64,000 bases of DNA from an uncultured delta proteobacterium (GCA_963806225.1 CAWDXG010000004.1:4000001-4064000), one strand, 5' to 3'. Shown: positions 1 through 11,300, counted from the stretch's first letter. Numbers and translations are program-made. Notes: generated by a model not told the origin, from the letters alone.

Positions 1-1874
1 GCCATGACGACTACCTCCGCGCGCGGCCCTTGCGCTACCGCGGCTTCAAGCGCACTTCGCGGTACCTCGAGATGCGCGACGGAGTGCGCATCGCGGTGGA
101 CATCTGCCTGCCGCGGGGGCTCGCGGCGGGCGAGCGCGTGCCGGCGATGATCCGGCAGACCCGCTACTTCCGCCGCTTCCGGCTGCAGCCGGCGCTCAAG
201 CCGCTGCTCGGCCAAGAGACGCTCGACCCGATGAACGCCTCGATGCGGCGGCTGTTCACCTCGCGGGGCTACGCCTGGATTGACGTGGACGCGCGCGGCT
301 CGGGGGCGTCGTTCGGCGAGCGGCCGTGTCCCTGGTGGCTGGACGGGGAAGTGGCCGACGGCGCGGAGATCGCCGAGTTCGTGACGAAGCAGCCCTGGTC
401 CAACGGGCGCGTGGGCTCGACGGGCGTCTCCTACGACGGGACGACCGCCGAGTTCCTGGCGATCACGGCGCACCCGGCGGTGCGTGCGGTCGCGCCGCGC
501 TTCTCGCTCTTCGACGCCTACGCCGACGTGGCGTTCCCAGGCGGGCTGCACAACTCGTACTTCACGCAGGCCTGGGAGAGCGCGAACGCGGCGCTCGATC
601 GCAACGCGCCCGGCGAGATGGTCGCGCTCATCTACATGCTGCAGACCCACGGCATGCTCGACCCGCGGCTGGCCCGCCGCCTCGACCGGCCGGCGATCTC
701 CGGGCTCCTGTCCCGTATTGCGAACTTTGGCCTGGCCGGCGTCGCGCCCGTCGACGGCGACCGTGGGGCGCGCCTGCTCGTGGAGGCGCTGGCGTCGCAC
801 TCGAACAACTTCAACGTCCACGAAGGCGCGCTCGAAACCACGTTCCGCGACGACTCGCCGCCGAGCGCGCCCCTGGCGGGCCACACCGTCGACAACTTCA
901 GCCCGCACAGCTACGTCGACCGGCTGAAGGACGTCGCGGTGCTGTCCTACGGAGGCTGGTTCGACGGCGGCTACGCGGGCTCCGCGCTTGCCCGCCACGC
1001 CGCGCTCACGGCCCGCGGCATCGACAGCCGGCTGCTCATCGGGCCCTGGATCCACGGCGGGCAGCTCGACATGGACCCAGACGCCCCAGGCCGGCACGCC
1101 GCGTTCGACCACGCCGCCGAGCTCTTGCGCTTCTTCGATGGCGAGCTCTGGCCCGAGCAGGCGCCCGGGCGCGAGCAGCCGCGCGTGAGGTGGTTCGAGA
1201 TGGGCGCGGGCTCCTGGCGCGAGAGCCCGAGCTGGCCACCTCCGGGCACGCGCGCCGAGAGCTTCCACCTTGCACCCGGGCGCCGGCTGGCGCGGGAGCC
1301 CGCCGGGGCCGACGCGACGGACGCAGCCGAGATGGACCTGTCCGTCGGCTCCGGCAAGCGCACGCGCTGGCGCACGCTGCTCTGCCCGTACCTGCACGCG
1401 GACGGCAAGGGTCGCTCCGATCACGGCTACCTGGTCTACGAGAGCGCGCCGCTGGAGCTGGACCTCGTGATCGCGGGCCATCCCCTGCTCGTCCTGTCGC
1501 TCCGTTCAAGCGCGAGCGACGGCGCCATCGTGGCCTACCTGGGGGACGTGACCGCCGGCGGCGAAGCGCGGCTCGTCAGCGAGGGCGCGCTTCGCATGCT
1601 CCACGGCACGCGTCTGGTGGACGGCGCCGACGCGCTGCCGCGGCGCGAAGCGAGCTTCCTGCGCAAGGACGCGCGCGGGCTTCTGCCGGGGCAAACCGCG
1701 AGCCACGTCGTCGAGCTCGTTCCCACTGGAATGCGCCTCCGTGCCGGGCATCGCCTGCGGCTGTCGCTCGGCGCCGCCGACGTGGATCACTTCACCACAC
1801 CGCCGGCGCCAGACGGCGTGCGCTGGGAGATCGACTTGAGCGCGTCGCGGCTGATCCTGCCCGTTGCGGGATAG
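1..1874 (+). CDS. CocE/NonD family hydrolase (S15-like), 5'-partial
   Basis: MRDGVRIAVD, DARGSGASFG, QPWSNGRVG and GVSYDG nucleophile elbow; frame is open from the window edge. Confidence 0.9.
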   Translation, partial: HDDYLRARPLRYRGFKRTSRYLEMRDGVRIAVDICLPRGLAAGERVPAMIRQTRYFRRFRLQPALKPLLGQETLDPMNASMRRLFTSRGYAWIDVDARGSGASFGERPCPWWLDGEVADGAEIAEFVTKQPWSNGRVGSTGVSYDGTTAEFLAITAHPAVRAVAPRFSLFDAYADVAFPGGLHNSYFTQAWESANAALDRNAPGEMVALIYMLQTHGMLDPRLARRLDRPAISGLLSRIANFGLAGVAPVDGDRGARLLVEALASHSNNFNVHEGALETTFRDDSPPSAPLAGHTVDNFSPHSYVDRLKDVAVLSYGGWFDGGYAGSALARHAALTARGIDSRLLIGPWIHGGQLDMDPDAPGRHAAFDHAAELLRFFDGELWPEQAPGREQPRVRWFEMGAGSWRESPSWPPPGTRAESFHLAPGRRLAREPAGADATDAAEMDLSVGSGKRTRWRTLLCPYLHADGKGRSDHGYLVYESAPLELDLVIAGHPLLVLSLRSSASDGAIVAYLGDVTAGGEARLVSEGALRMLHGTRLVDGADALPRREASFLRKDARGLLPGQTASHVVELVPTGMRLRAGHRLRLSLGAADVDHFTTPPAPDGVRWEIDLSASRLILPVAG

Positions 1875-1904
1875 CCGCGCGGCGGCGGCAGGAATGCAGC
1901 TCGC

Positions 1905-2903
1905 CTACCCGCAGTAGTAGTGCTTTACGGAATTGCCGTTGATGTCGGTCCCCCAGAAGTACTTGCAGCTCTGGGTCTGGTCGCAGCACTCGGTGTGCTT
2001 GCCCGAGTCGTACGTGTCGTCGACGGTGCAGGTGTCGTAGGCGCACGAATTTGTGCTGCACTTGCCGGAATCACAGGCGTAGTTGCCGCTGCAGACGTGT
2101 TTGCAGCTGCCGCAATTCAGGTTGTCCGACTGGAGGTCGACGCACGTGTCGGTGCACAGTGTCTTGCCGGCGGCGCAGCTCGTCTTGCATTGGCCGGACT
2201 GGCAGCTGTACGGGCTTCCGCCGGAAGGCGGCGTGAGCGTCGAGCAGTCGTTGCCGCACTTGCCGCAGTTGTAGTTGTCGGTGGCAAGCGAGACGCACTC
2301 GGAACCGCATTGGGTCTTGCCGGACGAGCAGCTGCCCTGGCACCCGCCTCCGACGCAGCTCGCGCTGCCGCCGTAGGGCGAGTCACAGTAGTGGTCGCAC
2401 GATCCGCAGTTGTTCGGGTCGGTCGACGTGTCCACGCACGAGCCGCCGCAGATGGTCTCCTTCGCGGCAATGCAGGCCTGCTCGCACTGTCCCGCCTGGC
2501 ACACCCCTTTCGCCCCGCTCACGGAGACGGGGCACTTGTAGCCGCAGCTGCCGCAGTTGTTGGGGTCGTTCATCAGATCCATGCACCCCTTCGGGCACAC
2601 GGTGCATGGGCCGCCGCCCGAGCCACCGCTGGACGTACCGCCGCTTGCACCTGAGCCGCCGGTCGCACCGGAGCCGCCGGTCGCGGAGCCGCCGGTCGCG
2701 CCGGAGCCGCCCGTTGCACCGGAGCCGCCCGAGCCGGAGCCGCACGCCGTGGAGCAATCGGCAAACGAGCCGCCGCCGCACACGCAGCGGTCCATGCAGG
2801 TCTGGGGCGTCGCGCAGTTCGTACCGGAGCCGCGCGAGCCTCCCCCGCAGCCGGGGAGAGCAAACCAGGCCAGAACGGCCAGAACTTGAAGGATTCGTTT
2901 CAT
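1905..2903 (-). CDS. Cys-rich repeat lipoprotein (myxobacterial CVDxxxDxxNCGxC repeats) with Gly/Ser linker
   Basis: Signal peptide MKRILQVLAVLAWFALPGC; four DxxNCGxC repeats. Confidence 0.8.
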   Translation of the reverse strand: MKRILQVLAVLAWFALPGCGGGSRGSGTNCATPQTCMDRCVCGGGSFADCSTACGSGSGGSGATGGSGATGGSATGGSGATGGSGASGGTSSGGSGGGPCTVCPKGCMDLMNDPNNCGSCGYKCPVSVSGAKGVCQAGQCEQACIAAKETICGGSCVDTSTDPNNCGSCDHYCDSPYGGSASCVGGGCQGSCSSGKTQCGSECVSLATDNYNCGKCGNDCSTLTPPSGGSPYSCQSGQCKTSCAAGKTLCTDTCVDLQSDNLNCGSCKHVCSGNYACDSGKCSTNSCAYDTCTVDDTYDSGKHTECCDQTQSCKYFWGTDINGNSVKHYYCG

Positions 2904-2962
2904 GCTGTCCACCATCCAGGGGCGGGAGCCGACGGGCTCGTTCCCGCGCAGGTCGGGTTGAT

Positions 2963-4402
2963 TCATTTCAAGGGCCGGTACACGTCCCAGTGCGATTGCC
3001 CCACGCTCGAGTCGCAGGCGTCGGACGTGACGACCAGGTCCGGGCCACACGCGCTCGCCAGGTCAGCCGTGAAGTAGACGAGGTCGCCGTAGCTGTTCGC
3101 GCTGTGGTCGAACGCGCTGTTGCAGCGCGCCGCGGGGATCGCGAACGGAATCGGCTTCGAAGCGAATCCCGACGGCGAGCCCGGATACACGTCCCAGTGC
3201 GTCGTGCCGACGCTGGTGTCGCAATCATCGCGGAAGACCACGAGATCGGGCTGTCCGCTCGACGCGAGATCGACAACGGCGTAGCCCAGGGCACCCGTCT
3301 CGCTCGCCAGGGCATCGAACGCCGCACCGCAGCGCGCTGCCGGAAGCGCAAAGGAGTGGGGCGCCGCCGAGAACCCGGACGCCGACCACGGGTACACGTC
3401 CCAGTGTGTGGCGCCGACGCTGGCGTCGCACGCGTCCCGCGTCACGACGAGATCGGCTTTGGAGCTCAGGGCGGACAGCGCATAGCTGACGCTGCCGGTG
3501 TGGGCCGTGGCGTCGAACTTCACGTTGCAGCGCGCTGCCGGAAGCGCAAAGGACCCGGGCTTGGCCGAGAACCCGGACGCCGACCCGCGGTAGACGTCCC
3601 AGTGCGTCGTGCCGACGCTGGCGTCGCACGTGTCCCGCGTCACGACTAGATCCGGTTGGTCCGAGACCAGAGCGAGGGCCGCGTAGCTGGTGCCGCCGCT
3701 GCTCGATGCCGTAGCGTCGAAGGGCGCATTGCAGCGCGCAGCCGGAACGCTGTAGGCGACGGGAGTCGGGGCGAATCCCGTCGCAGACCACGGGTACACG
3801 TCCCAGTGCGACTGCCCTACGGCCGGGTCGCAACTGTCGCGTGTGACGACGAGATCCGGGCGCGCCGGCGAGACGAGCCCGAGCGTCTGGTACGACACGT
3901 TCCCCGTGTAGCGTGCGGCAGCCTCGAACGGCTCGTTGCAGCGCGCAGCGGGCAGCGCGAACGAAGCCGGCTTGGCGGCAAATCCGCTCTCCGACGCGGG
4001 GTAGACGTCCCAACGCGACTCGCCCACGTCGGTGTCGCACGCGTCGTGGAACACGACCAGGTCCTGGCGATCGCCGGAGGCGAGGTCGAGCATTCCGTAG
4101 GAGAGGGAACTCGACGAACTCGCGGCCCCGCTGAACTGCACGCCGCAGCGCGGCGCCGGCAAAGCGAAGGCGGTCGGCGTCGCGGAGAGGCCGGACGGCA
4201 GCGTGCACGACGGCGCGCTTCCGCCGCTTGCACCCGAGCCTCCGGTTCCGCCGGGTCCTCCCCCGGTACCGCTGGATCCGCCCGCGCCGACGCCCCCCGC
4301 GCCGCCCTGGCCGGGCAGCATGCCCCTGCCGCCGGCGCCGGAGCATGCGGACGCCGCCAGGCACAGACCCGCGACAGTGAACCATTTCAATCGATTCGAC
4401 AC
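2963..4402 (-). CDS. Lipoprotein with six ~66-69 aa WDVY repeats (FG-GAP/VCBS-like beta-propeller)
   Basis: Lipobox ASAC; repeat DLVVxxDxCDxxVGxxHWDVYxxSxxGFxxxPxxFALPAARC, spaced ~198-207 nt. Confidence 0.75.
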   Translation of the reverse strand: MSNRLKWFTVAGLCLAASACSGAGGRGMLPGQGGAGGVGAGGSSGTGGGPGGTGGSGASGGSAPSCTLPSGLSATPTAFALPAPRCGVQFSGAASSSSSLSYGMLDLASGDRQDLVVFHDACDTDVGESRWDVYPASESGFAAKPASFALPAARCNEPFEAAARYTGNVSYQTLGLVSPARPDLVVTRDSCDPAVGQSHWDVYPWSATGFAPTPVAYSVPAARCNAPFDATASSSGGTSYAALALVSDQPDLVVTRDTCDASVGTTHWDVYRGSASGFSAKPGSFALPAARCNVKFDATAHTGSVSYALSALSSKADLVVTRDACDASVGATHWDVYPWSASGFSAAPHSFALPAARCGAAFDALASETGALGYAVVDLASSGQPDLVVFRDDCDTSVGTTHWDVYPGSPSGFASKPIPFAIPAARCNSAFDHSANSYGDLVYFTADLASACGPDLVVTSDACDSSVGQSHWDVYRPLK

Positions 4403-4591
4403 TTTGCTCGCCCTCTCGCGCCGCCGGGTCCCCGGGAACGCCGGGGTCAGCCCTAGTACGGCGCGACGAGCGAGGTCTTCCCTGGGCGAGTGTTGGGCGG
4501 GCCCGGTTTTCCGGCGAAGCGGCCCCCGCGATGCGTGGGCGGGCGAGCTTCACCCGGCGGCGCCCCGGGGTCGTGGAGCTATCATCCGCCC

Positions 4592-4765
4592 ATGCCTAGC
4601 TTGCGCTGGAACCCCGAAGCAGAAAAGCGCCTCAAGAAGGTCCCGTTCTTCATCCGGCCGTTCGTGAAGCGGCGCGCGGAAGCCGTGGCGCGCGAGCGGG
4701 GACTCGCGGAGGTCACGTCGACGCTGCTCGACGAGATCAAGGACCGCGAGCACAAGGGCGGCTGA
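4592..4765 (+). CDS. Standalone PCP_red (BchB/ChlB C-terminal-like) small protein
   Basis: WNPEAEKRLKKVPFFIRPFVKRRAE motif; TATCAT box 6 nt upstream. Confidence 0.8.
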   Translation: MPSLRWNPEAEKRLKKVPFFIRPFVKRRAEAVARERGLAEVTSTLLDEIKDREHKGG

Positions 4766-4809
4766 GCGCCCTACCCGCTGCCCGGCGCCCGCGACGCCGC
4801 CCGGCGGCC

Positions 4810-5811
4810 TCAGCTGTGACCGGCGATGGGGTGCGGCACGTAGGGCGCTTCGAGCGCGGCGATCTCGTCGGCGGACAGCTGGATGTCGACCGCACCGGCC
4901 GCATCGTCGAGGTGCTTCAACCGGGTCGCTCCGATGATCGGCGCCACGACACCCTGCTTGTGCAGGAGCCAAGCCAGGGAAACCTGTGCGTGCGGAATGT
5001 CGCGAGCGCGCGCCAGCTGGTCGACGGCGGCGACGATGGCCGCGTCCGGCTCGGGCATCGCTGCGTAGAGCCGCTTCGCGAACGCGTCCGTCTCCGCGCG
5101 CCGGGTCGGCTCCGTCTGCGGCGGACGCGCGAGGTTGCCGCGCGCGAGCGGGCTCCACGGAATGAGACCGACGCCCTGGTCGAGGCACAGCGGGTTCATC
5201 TCGCGCTCCTCTTCCCGGTACAAGAGGTTCAGGTGGTTCTGCATGGACACAAACTTCGTCCAGCCGTTCTGTTCGGCCACGTGCTGCGCCTTGGCGAACT
5301 GCCAGGCGTACATGGAAGAAGCTCCGAGGTAGCGCGCTTTGCCAGCGCGCACCACGTCGTGCAGCGCCTGCATGGTCTCCTCGATCGGCGTCGAATCGTC
5401 CCAGCGGTGGATCTGGTAGAGGTCGACGTAGTCGGTGCCGAGGCGCTTCAGGCTCGCGTCGATCTCGTGGAGAATCGCTTTGCGCGAGAGGCCCGCGCCG
5501 TTCGGCCCGAGGCGCATGCGACCGTGGACCTTGGTAGCGATCACCACCTCGTCCCGGCGGGCCAGGTCGCCGAGCGCCCGGCCGGTGATCTCCTCGCTCG
5601 CGCCGAACGAGTAGACGTTGGCCGTGTCGAAGAAATTGATGCCGAGCTCGAGCGCACGCTTGAAGAACTGGCGGGACTCGTCCTCGCGGAGCGCCCACTG
5701 CCAGCGCATCGGCGAACCGTCGACGCTGGCGTCCGGGTCGCCGTAGCTCATACAGCCCAGGCAGATGCGCGAGACGTCGAGGCCGGTCGCGCCAAGTCGA
5801 GTGTACTTCAT
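4810..5811 (-). CDS. Aldo/keto reductase
   Basis: LGINFFDTANVYS, IATK, SLKRLGTDYVDLYQIHRWD, PWSPLARG. Confidence 0.95.
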   Translation of the reverse strand: MKYTRLGATGLDVSRICLGCMSYGDPDASVDGSPMRWQWALREDESRQFFKRALELGINFFDTANVYSFGASEEITGRALGDLARRDEVVIATKVHGRMRLGPNGAGLSRKAILHEIDASLKRLGTDYVDLYQIHRWDDSTPIEETMQALHDVVRAGKARYLGASSMYAWQFAKAQHVAEQNGWTKFVSMQNHLNLLYREEEREMNPLCLDQGVGLIPWSPLARGNLARPPQTEPTRRAETDAFAKRLYAAMPEPDAAIVAAVDQLARARDIPHAQVSLAWLLHKQGVVAPIIGATRLKHLDDAAGAVDIQLSADEIAALEAPYVPHPIAGHS

Positions 5812-6054
5812 GGGTCACCTCATCGGTTCGAAGGGCGTGGCGCGCCGGGGCGCGTCCGCGTGGACGCGAGAACGTGGTGCTCTGGCGCGGCGCACGCAAG
5901 GGCGCCGCGCGTGGCGCTCCCCCGGCATCCAGCCTCGACTTGCGGGACCTGGACATGGGCGCAGCGCGCCGGTTTTCGCGCCCATGCACGAGGCATCCGT
6001 AGACTTCCGGGCCTGCCCGTTTTCCGCCGTATCTGGTATATCCGAGAGTCGGAA

Positions 6055-6795
6055 ATGGGACAGACGCGCGTGCTTCTTCACTCGCACATGGGCTGGCGAC
6101 GGCTGACGGCGGGGACGTATCTGCTGGGACGCAGCAAGGACTGCGACATCGTGATCCCTAGCAATCGCGCGTCACGCCGGCATGCGCGGCTCACCGTGAC
6201 GGAGTCTGCCGCCTGGGTGGAAGATCTCGGGAGCGCGAACGGGACGCACGTCAACGGCATTCCCATCAAGGGTCGGCAGGAGCTCCACCACCAGGACTTC
6301 CTGGGGGTCGGCGCCGGCGCGCTGGAGGTCTCGCTGGAGCCGGACGAGGGCGCGCCGCGCGCCGAGGTGCTCCGCCCGCGGAGCACGGTCCCGCCTCCGC
6401 AGGATGCGACGAACGAAGCGACAATCGGCGCAAGCGACGACGAAGGCCCCGAACACGCGATCGAGGGCTGGGCCGACGGCGCGCTGACCGCGGCCCGTGC
6501 AGGTCAGCTCGACGACGGCCGGACGCGGCGCTCGGCGATGCAGTTCGGCGTCCAGCGTGCCTCGGGCCGGCCCGCAGCGCGCTGGGTCGATTTCGTGGTG
6601 GAGCTGGCTTCGCTGGGGATCGCGCTGGAGCTCGAGCGCGCCCGCGCGTTGACCACCGCTATCGAGCAGGTAGGCGTCGACGCGACCTTGACCGACGCGT
6701 ACCTCGCACGGCTCCGCGCACTGCCACCTAGCCCCGAACAGCAGGCGCTGTGCGCCGAGGTCGAGGGCTGGCTCAGCAAAGCGCGTCGCGGCTAG
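6055..6795 (+). CDS. FHA domain protein
   Basis: LGRSKDCDIVI, SRRHA and DLGSANGTHVNG FHA motifs. Confidence 0.85.
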   Translation: MGQTRVLLHSHMGWRRLTAGTYLLGRSKDCDIVIPSNRASRRHARLTVTESAAWVEDLGSANGTHVNGIPIKGRQELHHQDFLGVGAGALEVSLEPDEGAPRAEVLRPRSTVPPPQDATNEATIGASDDEGPEHAIEGWADGALTAARAGQLDDGRTRRSAMQFGVQRASGRPAARWVDFVVELASLGIALELERARALTTAIEQVGVDATLTDAYLARLRALPPSPEQQALCAEVEGWLSKARRG

Positions 6796-6853
6796 GCGTC
6801 GAGCCGGAGGGGGATGCAGCGAACCGCGCTGGGCTCTGCTACTGTGCGCGGCG

Positions 6854-7477
6854 ATGCATCACGTACCGCACGACACCGGATGGATCGAAGTCATCACCGG
6901 TTGCATGTTCAGCGGCAAGACGGAGGAGCTCATCCGTCGTCTCAACCGCGCGCGCTATGCGCGGCAGAGCGTGCGCATCTTCAAACCGCGCATCGATTCA
7001 CGCTACGCCGCGGACAGCGTCGTCAGCCATTCGCAGCAGGAGCTCAGCGCGCTCGCTGTCGATGACCCGTACGACATCCTCGAGCATGTCGACGACGTCG
7101 ACGTGGTCGGGATCGACGAAGCGCAGTTCCTCGGCGAGCACGTGGTGGCCGTGGCGGAGCGGCTGGCGGACGACGGCAAGCGTGTCGTCGTCGCCGGTCT
7201 CGACCAGGACTTCCTCGGGCGCCCCTTCGACCCGATGCCGCACCTGATGGCGATCGCCGAGTACGTCACCAAGAACCTGGCGATCTGCATGCGCTGCGGC
7301 AATCCCGCCGACCGCTCGCAGCGCCTGGTGCGCCGTGAAGCCACCGTCGTGGTGGGCGGCACGGAGGCCTACGAGGCGCGCTGCCGGCGCTGTTTCGATC
7401 CGTCGCTCTCCACCGCGACGCAGGGTGCGCTTTTCCACAGCCAGCCGCCCGAGGACGGGGACCTCACCGGCAGCTGA
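6854..7477 (+). CDS. tdk: Thymidine kinase
   Basis: GCMFSGKTEELIRR P-loop, IDEAQF, YEARCRRC. Confidence 0.97.
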   Translation: MHHVPHDTGWIEVITGCMFSGKTEELIRRLNRARYARQSVRIFKPRIDSRYAADSVVSHSQQELSALAVDDPYDILEHVDDVDVVGIDEAQFLGEHVVAVAERLADDGKRVVVAGLDQDFLGRPFDPMPHLMAIAEYVTKNLAICMRCGNPADRSQRLVRREATVVVGGTEAYEARCRRCFDPSLSTATQGALFHSQPPEDGDLTGS

Positions 7478-7577
7478 GCCGCGCTAGCGCGCCGTGTCAG
7501 GCCCCGGGGGCCGTTACTCCGGGCGGAGGCCTGTCATTCCTTGCCAGCAGCGGCCGGCCAGCCCACCATGCGGCTAG

Positions 7578-8279
7578 ATGGTTCGACTGACCTGGGTGCT
7601 CGCCGCCTCGCTGCTCGTCGCCTGCGGCGGCAGCAGCAATGGTGATTTGACATCGGGTACCGGCGGTTCGCACGCGGACGCGTCGGCTGGCAGCGGCGGC
7701 AGCGCCGCCGGGGGCAGCGCCGGTGCGACAACCGGTGGCAGCGGCGGGTTGGCCGCTGGCGCGGGCGGCACGAGCGGCGGCGCAGGTGGCGCGACCGGCG
7801 GAACGGGGGGGGCAACGGGCGGCACGGGCGGCGCAACCGGTGGCGCAGGTGGCGCAACCGGTGGCGCAGGTGGCGCAACGGGCGGCACGGGCGGCATGTC
7901 CGGCGCGGGCAACGTGAAGTGCGGCCTGAAGCTCTGCGCCGTCTCGACGCAGAGCTGCTGCTTCGGCGACAACGTCACGCCCTATTGCTACAAGAAAGAC
8001 GCTCTCGCCGGCTGCAAGTGCACGGGGCTGCTCTGCGAGAAGGCCGTCGTCGACTGCGATGGACCGGAGGACTGCGGAACCGGCCAGGTGTGCTGCGCCA
8101 CGAAGGGCGTCACCGGCTCACACTTCGATCGCCTCTTCTGCAGCAAGACCTGCCAGAGCGGCATCGGCACCACCGCCGCCGTGGTCTGTCACCTGAACGC
8201 CTCCGGCACCTGCGCGAACGGCAAGGCCTGCGTCGCCGACAAGCGCCTGCCCGGCGGATACGGCAGCTGCGCACCGTGA
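7578..8279 (+). CDS. Gly-rich linker / Cys-rich lipoprotein
   Basis: Lipobox LVAC, GGATGGT repeats, CDGPEDCxxGQVCC motif. Confidence 0.75.
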   Translation: MVRLTWVLAASLLVACGGSSNGDLTSGTGGSHADASAGSGGSAAGGSAGATTGGSGGLAAGAGGTSGGAGGATGGTGGATGGTGGATGGAGGATGGAGGATGGTGGMSGAGNVKCGLKLCAVSTQSCCFGDNVTPYCYKKDALAGCKCTGLLCEKAVVDCDGPEDCGTGQVCCATKGVTGSHFDRLFCSKTCQSGIGTTAAVVCHLNASGTCANGKACVADKRLPGGYGSCAP

Positions 8280-8308
8280 TCGCGGCGCACGGCCGCCCTT
8301 TTCGAACG

Positions 8309-11300
8309 CTACGACGCCGCGTCCGCTTTCAGGCACGCGCCGAGCTCGCTCAGCATGCGGTCGGCGAGGCCCAGGCCGTCGGGGAAGGCTTCGGTATCGA
8401 GGGCGCGGCGCGTGAGACGGGCGTCGGGAGTGAGCTTGTAGGGTGAGCCTTTGCGGGCAACCAGCCCGCCGACCTTGACGGGATCGAGCGGCGTGTCGTC
8501 GCGCAGGTGCAAGGTCGCGCTGCGGGCGCGTGCCTCGAGACCCAGCGCCGAGAGCCGGCGCAGCTCGGTCTTCAGCCGCATCAGCTCGACCAGCCGCCGC
8601 GCCTCGATGGGCGGCGGGCCGAAGCGGTCCTGCATGCCAGCGGCGATCTCGTCCACCTCGGCCTCGTCGGCGGCGCTGGCGAGGCGCTTGTAGAGCGAGA
8701 GCCGGACGCCCACGTCGTCGACGTAGTCGTCCGGGAGCAGCGCGTCGACGTCCAGCGACAACTCCGGGTCCACGTCCTGCGTCACCGGCTCGCCGCGCAG
8801 CTCGTGCGTCGCGTCCTCCAGCATCTGCACGAACAGGTCGAGTCCCACGCTCGCCACGAAGCCACTCTGCTCCGCGCCCAGCAGCTCGCCTGCGCCGCGC
8901 AGCTCCATGTCCAGCGTGGCGATGTGGAAGCCGGAGCCGAGCTCGGTGTAGCGCTCCAGCGCCTCGATACGCATCCGCGCCTCGTCGCTGAGCTGTCCAG
9001 GCGGCGGCACCAGCAGGTAGCAGTAGGCGCGCTCGCTCGAACGACCGACACGACCGCGCAACTGATAGAGCTGCGCCAGACCGAACAGATCCGCGCGGTC
9101 GATGACCATGGTGTTGGCGCGCGGGATGTCGAGGCCGCTCTCGATGATGGCTGTGGCGACCAGAATGTCGTACTCGCCGGCCACGAAGTCGAGCATGGTG
9201 CGCTCCAGCGCGCTCTCGCTCATCTGGCCGTGACCGATCGCGATGCGCGCCGTCGGCACCAGCGACTGCAGGCGCGCCGCGCGCTCGTGGATGCCCTCGA
9301 CCCGATTGTAGACGTAGAACACCTGTCCACCGCGGGACAGTTCGCGCTCCACCGCTTCGCGCACCACGCTTTCGTCGAAGCGCGAGGTGATGGTGCGGAT
9401 CGCGCGGCGGTCGACCGGTGCCGTGGTGATCAGCGACATGTCGCGCAGACCCGCGACGGCCATCTGCAGCGTGCGTGGGATGGGCGTCGCGCTCAGCGTG
9501 AGCGCGTCCACACTCTGGCGGATCTGCTTGATGCGCTCCTTGTGCGTGACGCCGAAGCGCTGCTCCTCGTCCACGACCAGCAGGCCCAGGTTCTTGAAGT
9601 GCACGTCCTTGCTGAGCAGGCGATGCGTGCCGACGACCACGTCGACTTTGCCCTGTTTCAGGCCCTTGAGCGTGTCCTGCTGCTCCTTCTTCGACTCGAA
9701 GCGGCTGAGCACGCGCACGTCGACCGGATAGTCCTGAAGACGGGTCCCGAACGTGAGGTAGTGCTGCTGCGCCAGCACCGTGGTCGGGCAGAGCAGCGCG
9801 ACCTGACGACCGTGCATCACCTCGCGGAACGTGGCGCGCAGCGCGACCTCCGTCTTGCCGAAGCCGACGTCGCCGCACACCAGGCGGTCCATCACGCGCT
9901 CGTCCGACAGGTCACGCATCACGTCGCTGATCGCCTGGACCTGGTCGCGCGTCTCCTCGTAGGGGAAGCCCGCCTCGAACGCTGCGTACTCGTCGTCGGG
10001 CGGCGGCAGCGGGTCCTTCTTCATCAGCGCGCGCTCGGCGTACAGGCGCAGGAGGTCGTCGGCCATCTGCCGGACGCGCCGGCGCACCTTGGCCTTGGTC
10101 TTCGCGAAGGACTGCCCGCCGAGCCGATCGATGCGCGGCGAGCCTTCTCCGCCGGAGTACTTCTGGATCTGGTTCAGGCGGTAGACAGGGACGAACAGCT
10201 TGTCGCCGCCCTGGTACTCCACCACGAGCAGCTCGACGCTCACGTCGCCGATTGTGCGGCGCTCGAGCCCCAGGTAGCGGCCGATGCCGTGCTCGACGTG
10301 CACCACGTGATCGCCCGGTGCGAGCGCGCGCAGATCCTCGAGCACGGCGCGCGCCGAGCGCTTGCGCGCCGGAGCGCGATGGCGCCGCTGGCCGAAGATC
10401 TCCTCCTCGGTGACGAGCGCGAAGCCCTCCGCCGGTGCGATTACCCCACGGGAAAGCTCGCCCACGACGATCTGCGCGGCCGCGGAGTCGCGTCCCCCGC
10501 CGTCGTCGACGCGCACGTCCACGGCCACGCCGCGGTGCGAGAGCAGCGCTCCGACGCGCTCGGCCTGCGTCGCGCCGCGAGCGGTGATCGCGACGGACAG
10601 CCCGGCCTCGTGCCAGGCGTCGATGCGGCGCACCAGCGGGTCGAGCGCCCCCTGCCGCCCACTGGCGAGCCGCGCCGTCTTGACCGCGCGCTGCAGGTCG
10701 GCCTGGTCGCGCATGGCAAGCGTAGGCGCGTCGGGCGGCACCACCCCGAGCCGCTCCAGACCCGTTTCCTCGTCGGGCGGCGCGCCCGCGATGCCGGCGC
10801 GATGCGCCGCCACGACACTGCGCAGCGCGATCTCGCGGCCCAGCTCGGCCCGCTCCACGTACAGGGCATCGATCGGGAAATGCGGCGCACCGGCGCGCGC
10901 GGCCAGCGCCTCGTGCGCGCGCTCCAGCTCCTCGTCGAGCGCGCGCAGCACCGCCACCGGGTCCTCGACGACCACGGCCGCGTCGGCGGGCAGCGAGTCG
11001 AGCAGCGGCTCGAGCCGATAGAACGCGGGCAGGTAGCCCTCCGCGCCGAAGAACGCCGTCCCGCTCGACACGTCGCCAGAAAGCCGCCGCGCCTTCGTGG
11101 ACGGGTAGTTCACGGCGTCGCACAGCGAGCGCATCACGGCGAGGGCGCGATCCTCGGTGTCCGGCGTGACGATCGCCTCGCGCGCGGGCGCCAGCCACAG
11201 CGCCTCCACCGCATCGAGCGTGCGCTGGTCCTCGGGGTCGAATGCCCGCAGCGAGCTCACGAGGTCGCCGTCCAGCTCGGCGCGCACCGGGAGCTCTGCT

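Noticed and set aside
2980..4015. Regularly spaced acgtcccagtg repeats as a CRISPR-like array
   Set aside because: They are in-frame protein repeats about 200 nt apart with homologous spacers; no cas genes
5851..5986. Three short hairpins between the AKR and FHA genes
   Set aside because: Stems of 7-9 bp made almost wholly of G/C are likely by chance; no strand-specific signal
7790..7895. Short tandem repeats here and at 2640-2735, 20763-20870 and 33200-33350
   Set aside because: They encode ordinary GGxGG linkers of myxobacterial lipoproteins
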